Both the position numbers and the translations under genes were made by a program. DNA of 55,845 nucleotides, the filler included, from Asterionella formosa (lineage: Eukaryota): NCBI GenBank assembly GCA_002256025.1. It is 5 parts of 5 records of this genome, joined end to end, with 100 filler letters (N's around TTAATTAATTAA, not from the genome) between each part and the next. Parts side by side here need not be neighbours in the genome. Positions count along the whole stretch, not along the records: positions 33,624 to 44,699 come from NKIB01008847.1; positions 44,800 to 55,845 come from NKIB01008862.1; 3 more parts are not named here. The stretch is one strand, 5' to 3'. Position 1 is the stretch's first letter, and each line of letters starts with the position of its first letter. Shown one piece after another: positions 34,563-47,209 of this stretch. Below the pieces are notes generated by a model that searched no databases, was not told the DNA's origin, and saw nothing but the letters and a program-made list of their open reading frames with translations.

Positions 34563-37144
34563 ACAATGGTCCTTTTTGTAAGGGAACTGTTGGACAGGAT
34601 TGGAACGTGGTTATTGCTATGATATCCTAGATGTATAATAGTAACCTCTTTCATAGACAAATAACTTCTCTTTAAAGTATTTGTGATAATGCCAACCCTG
34701 GCTGACAGTAGGAACAATATGTAGCTGACTGGCTTCAATCCCATGACCTACATGCATTCATACAAGGAGTTCTACATAGTGGGCTTCTTTGGGACTCACA
34801 CTGTTGTAGGAACAGCCTTTCATTTAACATCCTCTGAACCTGCCATGCATTTGGAATCATGATTAAATAGGAGCCGATTAAATTATGGAATATAGAATAT
34901 TCGGTGGATGGTAGATTGTGATTACAAGCAAAGTATACTGGTAGACCTAGATGGTCATGTTGGAGATTGGTATTCTGTGGCTGCATAATGTCACAACAGC
35001 AACTTCCGAGGTTGCACTTCTTCATGGGAATATGAAATAAATGGAAGTCAATCCTTGGTGTACAAAGGGTTGGCATTTGTTTTGATTTTGATACATTGGT
35101 TTCAATCACCATTTCATTCGGCACTTATTTGGAAGGAAGCCTCATGATGCAGTTGGAACCTCATTGATGATTTTTTTTGTCATGGTACTACAGTTTATAG
35201 CAATTGCTTTCTGCATCTTATATATAATTCAATTTCAAAATAGTAGAACAGTGTAATGTTTGAGGGAGTGAGATCAATGCCTGTCAGGAAACAGGTAGTT
35301 GTTGCCCCACCCTGCACTCTTTCTTCCGAATGATCTCCTAGGTGAATCACTAGTATAAGTGGTCAATCAGACTGAAGCAAGTACTGAGTTTCTTAATAGA
35401 AAATGATTGCAAATAAGCCAGTCCTTGATAGCATCATTGAAACTGAAAGGTAGCAGTTCGGGAATTGTGAGTCTTTATTTGAAATTGTTTGGTTTTAAAG
35501 AAGTACTAAGGACTATGTATTGTTATTGAATACTGTATCAGCTAGTTCAACAGCAATCAAAACAAAGGAAAATGAATGCTACCCAGCAACCGGAGCCACG
35601 CTTGTTACAAGAAGGATCCACAGTTCTGCTTCATGCTAATATGATAGGCCCTATTGCTATGAAGGCAAGCTACGAAGTCACAAACTGTTTGTTACAATAT
35701 TTGTTGACATATGCATTGCCACAACTCTTGTAAATCACCTCTTCATTCAGCAATTTGGTGAATGAATTACAGTCGAGAAAATGGTTCCTGTTCTGCTGTT
35801 CAGATGGTTATTATTTGTGTAGTTGTGTAGTTGCTTTGATTGTGGGGGAGGGGAAGAGGATTTTGGTGACAATGACCACCAATTCTGATTTTCATTGCCA
35901 AATTATTTTCGATGACCTCATGTACACCACTTCCAATTTCAGAAACAAGACAACCACCACTGGAATGCAGCATATTGCTGTTGCTGTTCTTGTTGTGTGT
36001 AAAAATTTGTTNNNNNNNNNNNNNNNNNNNNNNNNNNNNNNNNNNNNNNNNNNNNNNNNNNNNNNNNNNNNNNNNNNNNNNNNNNNNNNNNNNNNNNNNN
36101 NNNNNNNNNNNNNNNNNNNNNNNNNNNNNNNNNNNNNNNNNNNNNNNNNNNNNNNNNNNNNNNNNNNNNNNNNNNNNNNNNNNNNNNNNNNNNNNNNNNN
36201 NNNNNNNNNNNNNNNNNNNNNNNNNNNNNNNNNNNNNNNNNNNNNNNNNNNNNNNNNNNNNNNNNNNNNNNNNNNNNNNNNNNNNNNNNNNNNNNNNNNN
36301 NNNNNNNNNNNNNNNNNNNNNNNNNNNNNNNNNNNNNNNNNNNNNNNNNNNNNNNNNNNNNNNNNNNNNNNNNNNNNNNNNNNNNNNNNNNNNNNNNNNN
36401 NNNNNNNNNNNNNNNNNNNNNNNNNNNNNNNNNNNNNNNNNNNNNNNNNNNNNNNNNNNNNNNNNNNNNNNNNNNNNNNNNNNNNNNNNNNNNNNNNNNN
36501 NNNNNNNNNNNNNNNNNNNNNNNNNNNNNNNNNNNNNNNNNNNNNNNNNNNNNNNNNNNNNNNNNNNNNNNNNNNNNNNNNNNNNNNNNNNNNNNNNNNN
36601 NNNNNNNNNNNNNNNNNNNNNNNNNNNNNNNNNNNNNNNNNNNNNNNNNNNNNNNNNNNNNNNNNNNNNNNNNNNNNNNNNNNNNNNNNNNNNNNNNNNN
36701 NNNNNNNNNNNNNNNNNNNNNNNNNNNNNNNNNNNNNNNNNNNNNNNNNNNNNNNNNNNNNNNNNNNNNNNNNNNNNNNNNNNNNNNNNNNNNNNNNNNN
36801 NNNNNNNNNNNNNNNNNNNNNNNNNNNNNNNNNNNNNNNNNNNNNNNNNNNNNNNNNNNNNNNNNNNNNNNNNNNNNNNNNNNNNNNNNNNNNNNNNNNN
36901 NNNNNNNNNNNNNNNNNNNNNNACTTATTTATTTTATACTTTTAACATTTATCACTGCTAATGCGGAAAAAAGCCTCCCCAATGTGCGCTAGAGACAGGC
37001 GCAAAAAATAGCTATTTCAATGAAGCAATCAACACATCATACGAACCAGGTACACCTGGTGCCCTGGTATCGGTATTGAAAAACTACTTGCTGGTACTTT
37101 TGATCGCAACTGCATTCTTATAATATATATCGATAGGCCAACAT

Positions 37145-37939
37145 ATGTCTTTGCCTTCTATGCATATTCAAAAGCTGCGAGATTTGCTTCTTCAGCCTCG
37201 TATCGGTCGAATAAGGCGTCTCATCATTACTGTCGTTTCTGTCATGGCGGTAATTTCGATGCGTCGTTTCGTTGGGACACTGAACACCTCCTCCTATGAT
37301 CCAAAAAAATGCGAAAAGATGGTTGACGGCCATTGCGAAGATGAAAATGGAGGCGCATGGTCCTACAAAAACGACGATGGGGCATGCAGCCACAAAGAAG
37401 AGTCGGCTCCGCGAGACTGGGGTGCAGCTGCCACATTCCCAACTTTGTTTCCTAGCGTTGCAAGTGTCATGGATTTTGGTGGAGGCCTAGGTCCGTATTT
37501 AATTGCATTCCGAAATAAAGGTGTTAAAGAACTTGTTGTAATGGAACCTCGGTCGTTCGGAAAATGCCTGTTTCGAGGACTGAAACAGGATACGTCCGAT
37601 GTGATCAATACTGATCTGAAGCGATTGCCCAAGCAAAAGTTTGACTTGGTGATGACAATAGAAGTTGTTGAACATATTCCAGTTGAATTTCACCCACATA
37701 TTATTGATTTCTTGGCACAAGCTACCAAAAAGTATATTCTGTTCTCGGCTGCACATCCTAAGCAAAAAGGACAGGGTCATGTTGGTCCGTCAATGAAAAC
37801 GAGAGATCAATGGGTGAATGATTTTATATCAAGGCAACCTGATTTCGAAGTGGACACTGAAATTACAAAGGAACTTCATGCCGCAGCCGGGTATGTTCTG
37901 AAGGCTAATGGTGTTGTGTTTCGCAAGAAAGTGACGTAG
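37145..37939 (+). CDS. Class I SAM-dependent methyltransferase with an N-terminal membrane anchor
   Basis: Motif I VMDFGGGLG, FDLVMTIEVVEHIP and FSAAHPKQKGQGHV. Basic residues followed by the hydrophobic LIITVVSVMAVISM. Confidence 0.85.
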   Translation: MSLPSMHIQKLRDLLLQPRIGRIRRLIITVVSVMAVISMRRFVGTLNTSSYDPKKCEKMVDGHCEDENGGAWSYKNDDGACSHKEESAPRDWGAAATFPTLFPSVASVMDFGGGLGPYLIAFRNKGVKELVVMEPRSFGKCLFRGLKQDTSDVINTDLKRLPKQKFDLVMTIEVVEHIPVEFHPHIIDFLAQATKKYILFSAAHPKQKGQGHVGPSMKTRDQWVNDFISRQPDFEVDTEITKELHAAAGYVLKANGVVFRKKVT

Positions 37940-38279
37940 AAGTGCAACGACGGAGACGTTGATCTCATGTAATGATCATTTCAAACACTCCAGGGAATAG
38001 TGATGAACTATAATATAAATAGGAACTTGGCACAATGCAGCAATTCTTTCGCCTTAACTTCTGTCAATTTCTTAACTTAAACTCATGTACCTCTCCCCCT
38101 CCCCCCCCGATTTGGATAGCACTTAGCAAGGTTTCAACTCTTTCAACACCATTAACATGTGTGAAATGTTGATGGAAACGTTAAGTTGATGAATCTAAAT
38201 CGACTAGGGAACGCACATGAATATGAGATACAATCAAGGGCTAAAGTAGTTAAGAAAATTGTGCGGTTTAGAAACAACT

Positions 38280-41200
38280 TTAACCTGAACAAGCCTCTTC
38301 GAAAGTGCGATTTCCTGTGGCAATTGGCACAGGGTAACCATACTCGGTGGTGCACTCACAAATATACGGACGTCCATTTGATCCACATGTGTACATGATT
38401 TCGCACCATGTCCGTTCAACGCTATGGCAGTCCAGGAGATCATTCACATCGGCATTGCATCGGACTCTTTGAGAGAGTCGGGCTATGTCATCGATATGTG
38501 CAATTATGTCGCGGTCTGGTATAATATTGAATGTGAGCGTATTTAGTTGTTCCTGCGTCAGCTTTGGCATGAAGGATTGGCGAGACAATAGGGCATTTGG
38601 CCCAGACACACCGAGGCCTGGAACTCCTGTTTGTGCTGCTGAGATGATGGCTAGTCCTCCTCCAAGAGAATGACCAGTGATCGCCAAGTTGGTGTAAAGA
38701 TGCGCATCTTTCAAGTAATTCACAAAACTAGTGGTTTCCTTGTAGTACGCAAGTCTATTGAGCGTCGGTGAATTAAGCCATGAAAGGCCAAGAATAAGGT
38801 CATCTATGATAGGTGTCCACATTTGACCAAACGGCATGGCGGCTCGCAATCCCTGAAGAAGCCATGCAGCGCTCCACAATTGTGCATCTGCAAACAAATC
38901 CCAAGTATTTGAGGTACCTTGAATTGATACGATCGCCGAGTTCAGGCTGGTAAACTCAAAAAGTCTATATACAACTGGAAAGTTGTAGCTTCCCGTTAAA
39001 TTTCGATATTCAGTAACAATATCAGCCCGGTTCAGGACGACATTATCGCCAAACCAAGAATTCAGTTGATTCTGAGTAGCGTTATTGGCCCTGTATGACA
39101 TCAAGGCTGAAAACACCAAGTCGACCAACTTTGTCACAGGGATATCCTGAAATATCTGTTTCCCATAGTTGCAAGTTTGATATGGAAGTTCAGGTATTGG
39201 AAAATATTCGAAGTCATCGACATAGGTAAATTGTTTATTTGAGCTAGAGAAATCGGTATTAGTTGTGCCACTAGCAATTGTAGCAAATGCGACGAAAAGG
39301 CAGCAGGCCAGCAACAACGACAATGCACCAATCCATCGGCCCTGTGCGCGAGCAGTGGAAATGTTCGAAACAATATTGTTCATAATGGCTTGGCGTTCCC
39401 TCTTTTCATGAAGTCCTTTACTGTGTATCCCATCTAAACTACCGATCTCCTTGATCATTACAACGGGATTGAGCGCACGTCGCATGAGAGTGAAAATAGC
39501 AACACAATCAAAGATCAAATCAACAGCCAGATTGCCAAGGGCCAAAAGAGTGATGGATGGCCAAAGAAAGAACACGAAAAATTCAATAACAAGAATTATC
39601 CAGCACCAACGTTCGGTCAGCTTGACTGTGCGCCAAGAACCAAAAACGGTAAACACGGCCTCATTTTCGTTGTCAGGCCTGTCACCTTTAGCTGTATCGG
39701 GGCCTTCTGCTTGTGACTCTCCCCGATCCATTGTCACTTCCAAAGTTGCATCAGGTAGATCTGGAGACTCGTCAAGATCATGGTGGACTGTGAGATTCAA
39801 AGCATTAGCAGCCTTGGATAAAACGTTTCCCATTTCCTCAGCCNNNNNNNNNNNNNNNNNNNNNNNNNNNNNNNNNNNNNNNNNNNNNNNNNNNNNNNNN
39901 NNNNNNNNNNNNNNNNNNNNNNNNNNNNNNNNNNNNNNNNNNNNNNNNNNNNNNNNNNNNNNNNNNNNNNNNNNNNNNNNNNNNNNNNNNNNNNNNNNNN
40001 NNNNNNNNNNNNNNNNNNNNNNNNNNNNNNNNNNNNNNNNNNNNNNNNNNNNNNNNNNNNNNNNNNNNNNNNNNNNNNNNNNNNNNNNNNNNNNNNNNNN
40101 NNNNNNNNNNNNNNNNNNNNNNNNNNNNNNNNNNNNNNNNNNNNNNNNNNNNNNNNNNNNNNNNNNNNNNNNNNNNNNNNNNNNNNNNNNNNNNNNNNNN
40201 NNNNNNNNNNNNNNNNNNNNNNNNNNNNNNNNNNNNNNNNNAAACAATACCACTTCGAAGCTGTGCCTTGTTAAGTGCGTCGGGACCACGAATAATAGCA
40301 ACAAATCTCGATTCAGTAGTTTGACAGAAGATTTTCTCAAGACTCCAGGAATGCCTGGTCCAAAAAACGTGATAGTCTTGAACTTCGTCCACTGAGTACA
40401 TCTTTTGGGGCGTTTCAAGCTTTAAAAACATGCCAATTTTCTGAAAACATTTCATTTGAACAAATGCGGAGTATAAGGAAGTACGCTTTCGACTTGCGTC
40501 AGTGGGATTTTGAACATCCAAGTCCATTGCATCGGTGAGAGCACCTGCGGTCAAGTATGAAATGCGGGTGTATCCAGAATATACATTCATTTGACGAAGA
40601 ATTAAGGCCAACTTCATCACATGGAGAAAGCTTGCATTATCTTCACAATAATGATTTCGAATGAGATCAATGCAACCATTTGTCTCGTAGTAGACACATA
40701 CAATAGCAAAGACAATGTAGAAAATCAAAACAGAGCAAAACCACGTCAATCCTGTCCATTCCCACCAGCGATCGGATTTGGTAAATAATCCAATGCACAT
40801 GACAAACAAGGGAACTCCCAAAAAAGCAAAAAATGCGACCCACTCTGTGACTACACCAGAGTAACGACCAAAAAGAAATGTCTTGAAAAGAGTGTGACCA
40901 TTCCAGGTATCAAGCAAAAAATCTGTTAAGCAAACGAAAAATATCATGTGAGGTCTGAGCACAGCTCGAAGCAAAGAACTTTTATTTGGAATCAGGTATG
41001 ACTTACGACCAGAAATGACCAAAGCTGTCGCCATTCCATATATAAAGGCCGGGAAGCTCAGCAACATCCCAACCGAGTGAAAGCCTTGGAGATTTTGAGC
41101 TGCAGTGAAACCAGATGCAATCGTAAATTCCGTCATGAGAATCAACATGATTTGAAGGCAAAACACAAGCAAAAATCCAGAGAAGAAGAATACAACTATG

Positions 41201-41556
41201 GTATAGGTCAATCGAAGGAGAGTTAGGGTTGACGTGCCATCCCGAAGTCGCTTCATGTTGACATGATGCCTCCCCCGTGCGTCTTGTCTGGATTCTAAAA
41301 TGAGCTGCGTGTGCGTTTCGGAGTAAATGCGAAATGTGGTCGGTGTTTTGGATCGAAACCTTACGACACTGGATGGAACCGAGATGGTGAAGTGATCCTT
41401 GATATTTGTCACACCATCAGTGTCCGTTTCCACACAGATTGTAGAGCAGTCGGCATTTTCGTCCTCGTTGGTTTCACAATCGATGCACAGAACATTTTCG
41501 TCCTCCCCGGCTTCGAGTGCGAACGATCTGAATACGGGGGGTTCCCCGTTTTCATC
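38280..41556 (-). CDS. Multi-pass membrane protein with a C-terminal class-3 lipase domain (Atg15-like); interrupted by gaps, 5' end missing
   Basis: Nucleophile elbow ITGHSLGGGLA, SIQGTS...DLFAD, NIIPDRDII..ID and CHS. Many TM segments upstream. Intron 40923-41006. Confidence 0.85.
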
Positions 41557-44459
41557 NNNNNNNNNNNNNNNNNNNNNNNNNNNNNNNNNNNNNNNNNNNN
41601 NNNNNNNNNNNNNNNNNNNNNNNNNNNNNNNNNNNNNNNNNNNNNNNNNNNNNNNNNNNNNNNNNNNNNNNNNNNNNNNNNNNNNNNNNNNNNNNNNNNN
41701 NNNNNNNNNNNNNNNNNNNNNNNNNNNNNNNNNNNNNNNNNNNNNNNNNNNNNNNNNNNNNNNNNNNNNNNNNNNNNNNNNNNNNNNNNNNNNNNNNNNN
41801 NNNNNNNNNNNNNNNNNNNNNNNNNNNNNNNNNNNNNNNNNNNNNNNNNNNNNNNNNNNNNNNNNNNNNNNNNNNNNNNNNNNNNNNNNNNNNNNNNNNN
41901 NNNNNNNNNNNNNNNNNNNNNNNNNNNNNNNNNNNNNNNNNNNNNNNNNNNNNNNNNNNNNNNNNNNNNNNNNNNNNNNNNNNNNNNNNNNNNNNNNNNN
42001 NNNNNNNNNNNNNNNNNNNNNNNNNNNNNNNNNNNNNNNNNNNNNNNNNNNNNNNNNNNNNNNNNNNNNNNNNNNNNNNNNNNNNNNNNNNNNNNNNNNN
42101 NNNNNNNNNNNNNNNNNNNNNNNNNNNNNNNNNNNNNNNNNNNNNNNNNCTATTTGTTTAGAACTTTTATATCATTTTTACATATTGTTAGTGCTCGGAG
42201 TACATCGTCATTCTCGCCTTCGTTTCTTCCGGCATTGCGGCGGTCTCGTCAGAAAGATATGGCGTCCTGCCACTACCTCTATTATATTCCTCCTCTTCCC
42301 TTTAAGTCTCGTTGCATGAATCATACTCCTTGGGGTCACACCTCTCCTTTAAAGCATGTGATTATATTATGATGTGTAGTAAATAGACTCCGCATAAAGA
42401 TGAATCGTCCACGGCACCGTGGAAACATTTTTGGTTACCTTCCTTAAAACGACATACACACAACAATGAAGGTATTTTCAATGTACAGGGAAGGAAACAA
42501 TAAATTTGAACTAATCCATCATGTCAACAAGAAAAGAATCGACGCAACGAACTCAGGAATGGATCAAGCGAGGGCGATACTATGGTCATCCAAAGAAAGT
42601 GTGTTTAGGTGGGGTTGTTGCACATCAACTGCTGCCTTGTGACGATGCTGCTAAGGAACAGAATGTCATGCTACTAGCAGACATTGACAAGCGACACAAT
42701 CGATCGTTTATACAAATTGCCATGGCAAAAATCTTTCATTTACCTCAATTGGCCATGGCGAATGCTGAATCAAATCGTAAACAGGCGATTGGTGTCGTCA
42801 TTGTTGCCGCTATTCAAGTGATTCGCCAAGAGGCTCCGGATAATGCTGCTGCAGCCGTTATTCAAGTTGATGAAGGTGTAGTGGTGAAAAAAAACATGAC
42901 AACGAGTGTTCGAGAAGGTTCAATTTCCAAGGCCAACGCTGCTGCATCAACTGGAAAAAAGCGATACTTATTGAAAGGTGCTGAAAAACCTTCAGGAGTA
43001 TGCTGAACCCGAGCCCATTAGTTCCGACTTTTTTGAGTTTGTGGCGACAAAGTCTTTGATACTTGGCAAAAGTAGCTGTATTTGTCTCAGATTACAAGCT
43101 ACTCTCTTCGCCGCCTGTTCTAAAGTGATGTTGGTAATTTTTTAAGGGTACTCATATTGCATTGATCTACATGAATAGTAATCATTTCTATAGTGCAATA
43201 GAACTAGTCTATTTCTAGATTTGTCCATGATGTGCACCATGGCCCACCCATATAAAGGGGCAGTGGATATTTTGAAGGGTTTTAGTCTCTTCTCAAATGG
43301 AAGTCTAGAATACAAAAATGGTGGGTTGCATTGCTATTGCCCCATTCCGTGGCTGAAAGTTTCATGTCAGCTGGAGAATGTCATCCACCAAAGTGTGGAT
43401 TATTTTAAGGGCTATTTTGTGGGCCACACTTGGTTGTTTTCTGAAGTTGTGATATGCTCTTTTTGATCATAATAGAACAGTTAAATATCTGGCAGCAGTA
43501 TGGTCGATGTAAATGTAAAAACTGTAGAAACTGTATGGAACGACCGTTATTCAAACGACAGTATAATTTGGACAGTGAATTGTGTTATTCCGTTTCCCGC
43601 TAATATTTTAGGCAGTGGTCGGCCGATGTAAAACGCACAGCATTTGGTTCTGGATGAACTTTTCCGATTTTCAAACTGGTAATGTATAAGCAAGGGCCTT
43701 TTTACCAATTAATTATTTACTGATATCAGTACTTATTATTTGTGCTCTATAAATTAATTGCATGCCGTGCTGGAAATACACACTGCCGGTCATAGCAGTC
43801 GTAGATCCGCCATTCACTCAAGTCTGGGCACATACATACAGCAAATGTCATATTGGTCATACTACATGACATCACCATACTGCTACGAGTAAAAACCTGC
43901 TATGACCCACAAGTTTGCTATCAAAACTTATGTAAATGTAAATTCTGAGAGTTCTGACGCTTTCCCGATTATGTAGGCTAGTCAGCTATGTATTTATTTT
44001 GAGATTTGGAGTCAGCTGATCATCTAAATTGATTGCCGGAAATAGTGAATCGACCGAAAAACATGGAGAACATGGATTAGGGTAAGTTTGGAGTTCTCAT
44101 CATCATATAATAAACATGAGGGTGATGCACAAGTACCAAATACAAGGCAGCAGCTGCTTCAATGGTACATCGATGCTTGCCATCATGGGGAGCAGATTCC
44201 ATGAAATGCATTTGCTGCAGCACAGCTTTGTGATCCTCAAAAGGCTGCTGAATATGCAGGTGATGCTGTGGCCAATAGGATTGCAATGATCTGACCATTA
44301 GACTTGAAAGTCAGAGGAACATCATGATGGTGGAAGGTGTGTCATCATGAATATATGTATAGTAAAAAGGTAAAATGAAATAAAAGTGCATTAACACATG
44401 ACCTAATCCATCCTCGAAAATGTATATATATGTACATACATTTATCAAGAAAAGAGTAT

Positions 44460-44666
44460 AAACTGCCATGACCCATTCGAAATCACTTCTCAGCTGTTTT
44501 ATTGTATTATATCTTTTGATGTAATTGTTCAATTAGAATTTTAATAAGGCAGCTTGATTGATTGATGCTGTTTTGACATTCTGACACTTATGAACAAACG
44601 GATCCGAAATTCGAAGGAATTTAACTTTAGTCGGAGAAGTCAAACAAACATGGGTCATGGCAGTTT
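44460..44666. mobile_element. Small MITE-like element, about 207 bp
   Basis: 17-bp inverted repeats AAACTGCCATGACCCAT / ATGGGTCATGGCAGTTT. TSD unclear. Confidence 0.55.
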
Positions 44667-44699
44667 TTTACTTGGCACCAGGGTACATACCAGTGACCA

Positions 44700-44799
44700 N
44701 NNNNNNNNNNNNNNNNNNNNNNNNNNNNNNNNNNNNNNNNNNNTTAATTAATTAANNNNNNNNNNNNNNNNNNNNNNNNNNNNNNNNNNNNNNNNNNNN
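44700..44799. other. Artificial scaffold-joining spacer
   Basis: N44-TTAATTAATTAA-N44. Confidence 0.97.
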
Positions 44800-44801
44800 A
44801 A

Positions 44802-45002
44802 GATCTGCAGAGGCAGATTGAATCTGTTGAATTCAACTTTTCGCATCCAGTTTGGTGTAAGCGATCCAAGGAAGCACAGAATTTCGTATCGTCGTTGCTA
44901 CGAAGAGAACCATCCAAGCGACCAGATACAAGACGAGCCCTCAAACACCCCTGGCTCAGAATCGATGTCAACAAGAATGGTACTTTTCCCTGTTTTCATT
45001 GA
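44802..45002 (+). CDS. 3' end of a CAMK-group Ser/Thr protein kinase (not in the ORF track)
   Basis: DLQRQIESVEFNFSHPVWCKRSKEAQNFVSSLLRREPSKRPDTRRALKHPWL...* corresponds to kinase subdomains X-XI. Confidence 0.85.
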   Translation, partial: DLQRQIESVEFNFSHPVWCKRSKEAQNFVSSLLRREPSKRPDTRRALKHPWLRIDVNKNGTFPCFH

Positions 45003-45410
45003 GAATGATAATGAAAGCAAGGAGTTCAACATGAGTCATACCGGATTAGTATTCCAGCGAGATGCGTCGAAGGCATTGCAGTCACTTTGTCGCTCGTTGT
45101 TGACACGAAAAAATCACAGTAACATTTCAATTTGGTTTACTTTATAAGGATACGATTTGTAACTTGAATACGCACATTATGTTGCGTACATATATAGAAT
45201 GGATGTTGTGATCAGTTTCCGGGGAATGCCACCTTCCATACTCGATTACTTCCTCCATGACATTTAGTGGGATCCTGGTGATATTCGGATAGAGCTCAGC
45301 ATAATTCTCAAGTGCTTCCGTAACTTACACAATAATTAAAAACAAAGACAGTGAGATAGCTGAAAACGGATCGGTATGCCGACATTGTACTTGTCCCTCG
45401 TGTTACTTAC

Positions 45411-46103
45411 CGTGTGACTTCCATCAGGGTTTAAAGTGGTTGTGATGGTCGTTTTCGTTCCATCTGGCTAAATGATAGTTTTGATCGTGAGGGTTCTGGG
45501 TGTCTCCGTATCTTGGATTGTGCCAGGAAGGAAATCGTCTACATATGGAGGAAAATTGCAAACCACAGCAGCCGAGAGGAGGGCAAGAATCATAGCAGCC
45601 ACACCTGTTCCGGATCGTGCACTAAATGAACAGGCGAAGGTGCGGCAAACATCGCTGGAATAGATGATGAAGACCAAAGATTCAAAAAAGAAACCAAAGA
45701 ACAATAGCAGGCCAATCACCTTGATAATCTTAGCCGGCAAAGCCATACACGTCATGCAAATGATGGAAATCATGGAAATTCTGAGGCAAACGTTTGCACA
45801 AACCGCCATCCACGCAGCCGCCTTCCATTTGACATCCAATATTTTGTCGTACGCGCTTTGAGTCCCCGTGACACAATCGTCATTCTGAAAAGTTTCCTCA
45901 AACCTAGAGAGGCCAAGTCCAAAGGTTTGACCTTGAGGTGGATACCGGAAGATACTATCCAAGGCTGGTGCTGTGTCTCCAGAAACCAAGTGGCAGTCAT
46001 AGGTTGTATTCACAGCACAGCCATATGCAGCAATGCTGAAGATAAGAGCGATAATGGTATGTGATTTCCCATAAGGGAATTTGCTGGGAAAGGAAGTGTG
46101 CCG
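45411..46103 (-). pseudogene. Four-TM (claudin/tetraspan-like) membrane protein with a PDG-repeat tail, probably disrupted
   Basis: Four hydrophobic segments with a GLGL..F loop and Cys residues. The tail TIKTII*PDGTKTTITTTLNPDGSHT continues past TAG 45468-45470 to a GTAAGT donor at 45410. Confidence 0.6.
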
Positions 46104-47051
46104 CTGTGTGAGTAACAGGAAAAAATGAGCCCAAAATTCACATTGATATCTCCTTGACGTCTTCAGGGTCGATGAACAACGTCGTTTCGAAACGAGATAG
46201 ACAATCCAGCTCCAACCTACCAGCAGCCTTTGCAAGACATGGTGAATGATATATGAAAGGTCGAAAAGGTGGAGTGAAATCACACTGCTGTCAGTAACAC
46301 CGAAGTGGGATTGTAACGCATACACTGGTCTTATTATGAGATGCAATTTCTTCTGTTGATGTTCGAGTTTATCGTTTGAAAACATTTCCCATACGTGCTG
46401 TTTTTAAAATTTCTTGCGCTTCTTGCTAGCACGCTCCAGTCCTGCACTGGAATTGCTTACGGTACCGTTCATGATTTTTCTTGTGTCTCTCAAATCCATA
46501 TAATTTTGCTACAGTATTTATAGCACACGCTCAGTGATTAACCCGGATCTATCCACGTCCTTCAAAGAAGTTGCTACGCGAGACGATGCAGGCTACGGGT
46601 ACATTGGTTTGATTACCGTAGTATATTTAGGCGAGTATTTTTAGGGCCCCGTACCGGTATGCATGTGCATCATTTAGGCCGTTGCTAACGGTGGACCAAA
46701 ACGCCAACCAAACAGTGTTTTGGTTTCGGCAACCCTAAAAAAAGATGCTATCGGGAGTGAAAAACCCAACGCAAACGCATTACGTTTAGGGGATTCCGTG
46801 CCCATATCCCAATAACTTACCGAAACGCATTACACTTAGGTATTTTTTCCAAAGTTACCTAAACGTAGGATTCCATATTGACTACTTTGAATGTAGTCAC
46901 TAGAAACCCAAATACCGGTATTATTATCATCGTTGAATCACTACATATAGGACGCATATAGGACGCATCATAGATATCATATATACATATACAACAATAG
47001 ATATAGCTATAGCTACGGTACTCTGGTAGCAGGTAGAAGGGTACCACTCTG

Positions 47052-47100
47052 GCAAGAACAAGAGCAAGAGCAAGAGCAAGAGCAACAGCAACAGCAAGAG
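47052..47100 (+). repeat. (GCAAGA)n hexamer microsatellite, imperfect
   Basis: About 8 units visible. Confidence 0.9.
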
Positions 47101-47209
47101 TACTTGCAAGTGAAGTTCAAAAGGGAAAACTCCGTCCAAACTGGACCAAATACCTTGGAGAAGTTAATTCAATTCTGAACCGACAATGTGGTTGAGCCAA
47201 AAATGATGT

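Noticed and set aside
35755..36961. Long ORFs of 349-396 aa in the track
   Set aside because: Their length comes from translating N gaps. The same applies to the plus-strand ORFs at 39451-40395 and 41311-42372.
42521..43466. Protein-coding gene
   Set aside because: Fragmented frames with no recognisable motif. Probably a decayed repeat, but I cannot assign it.
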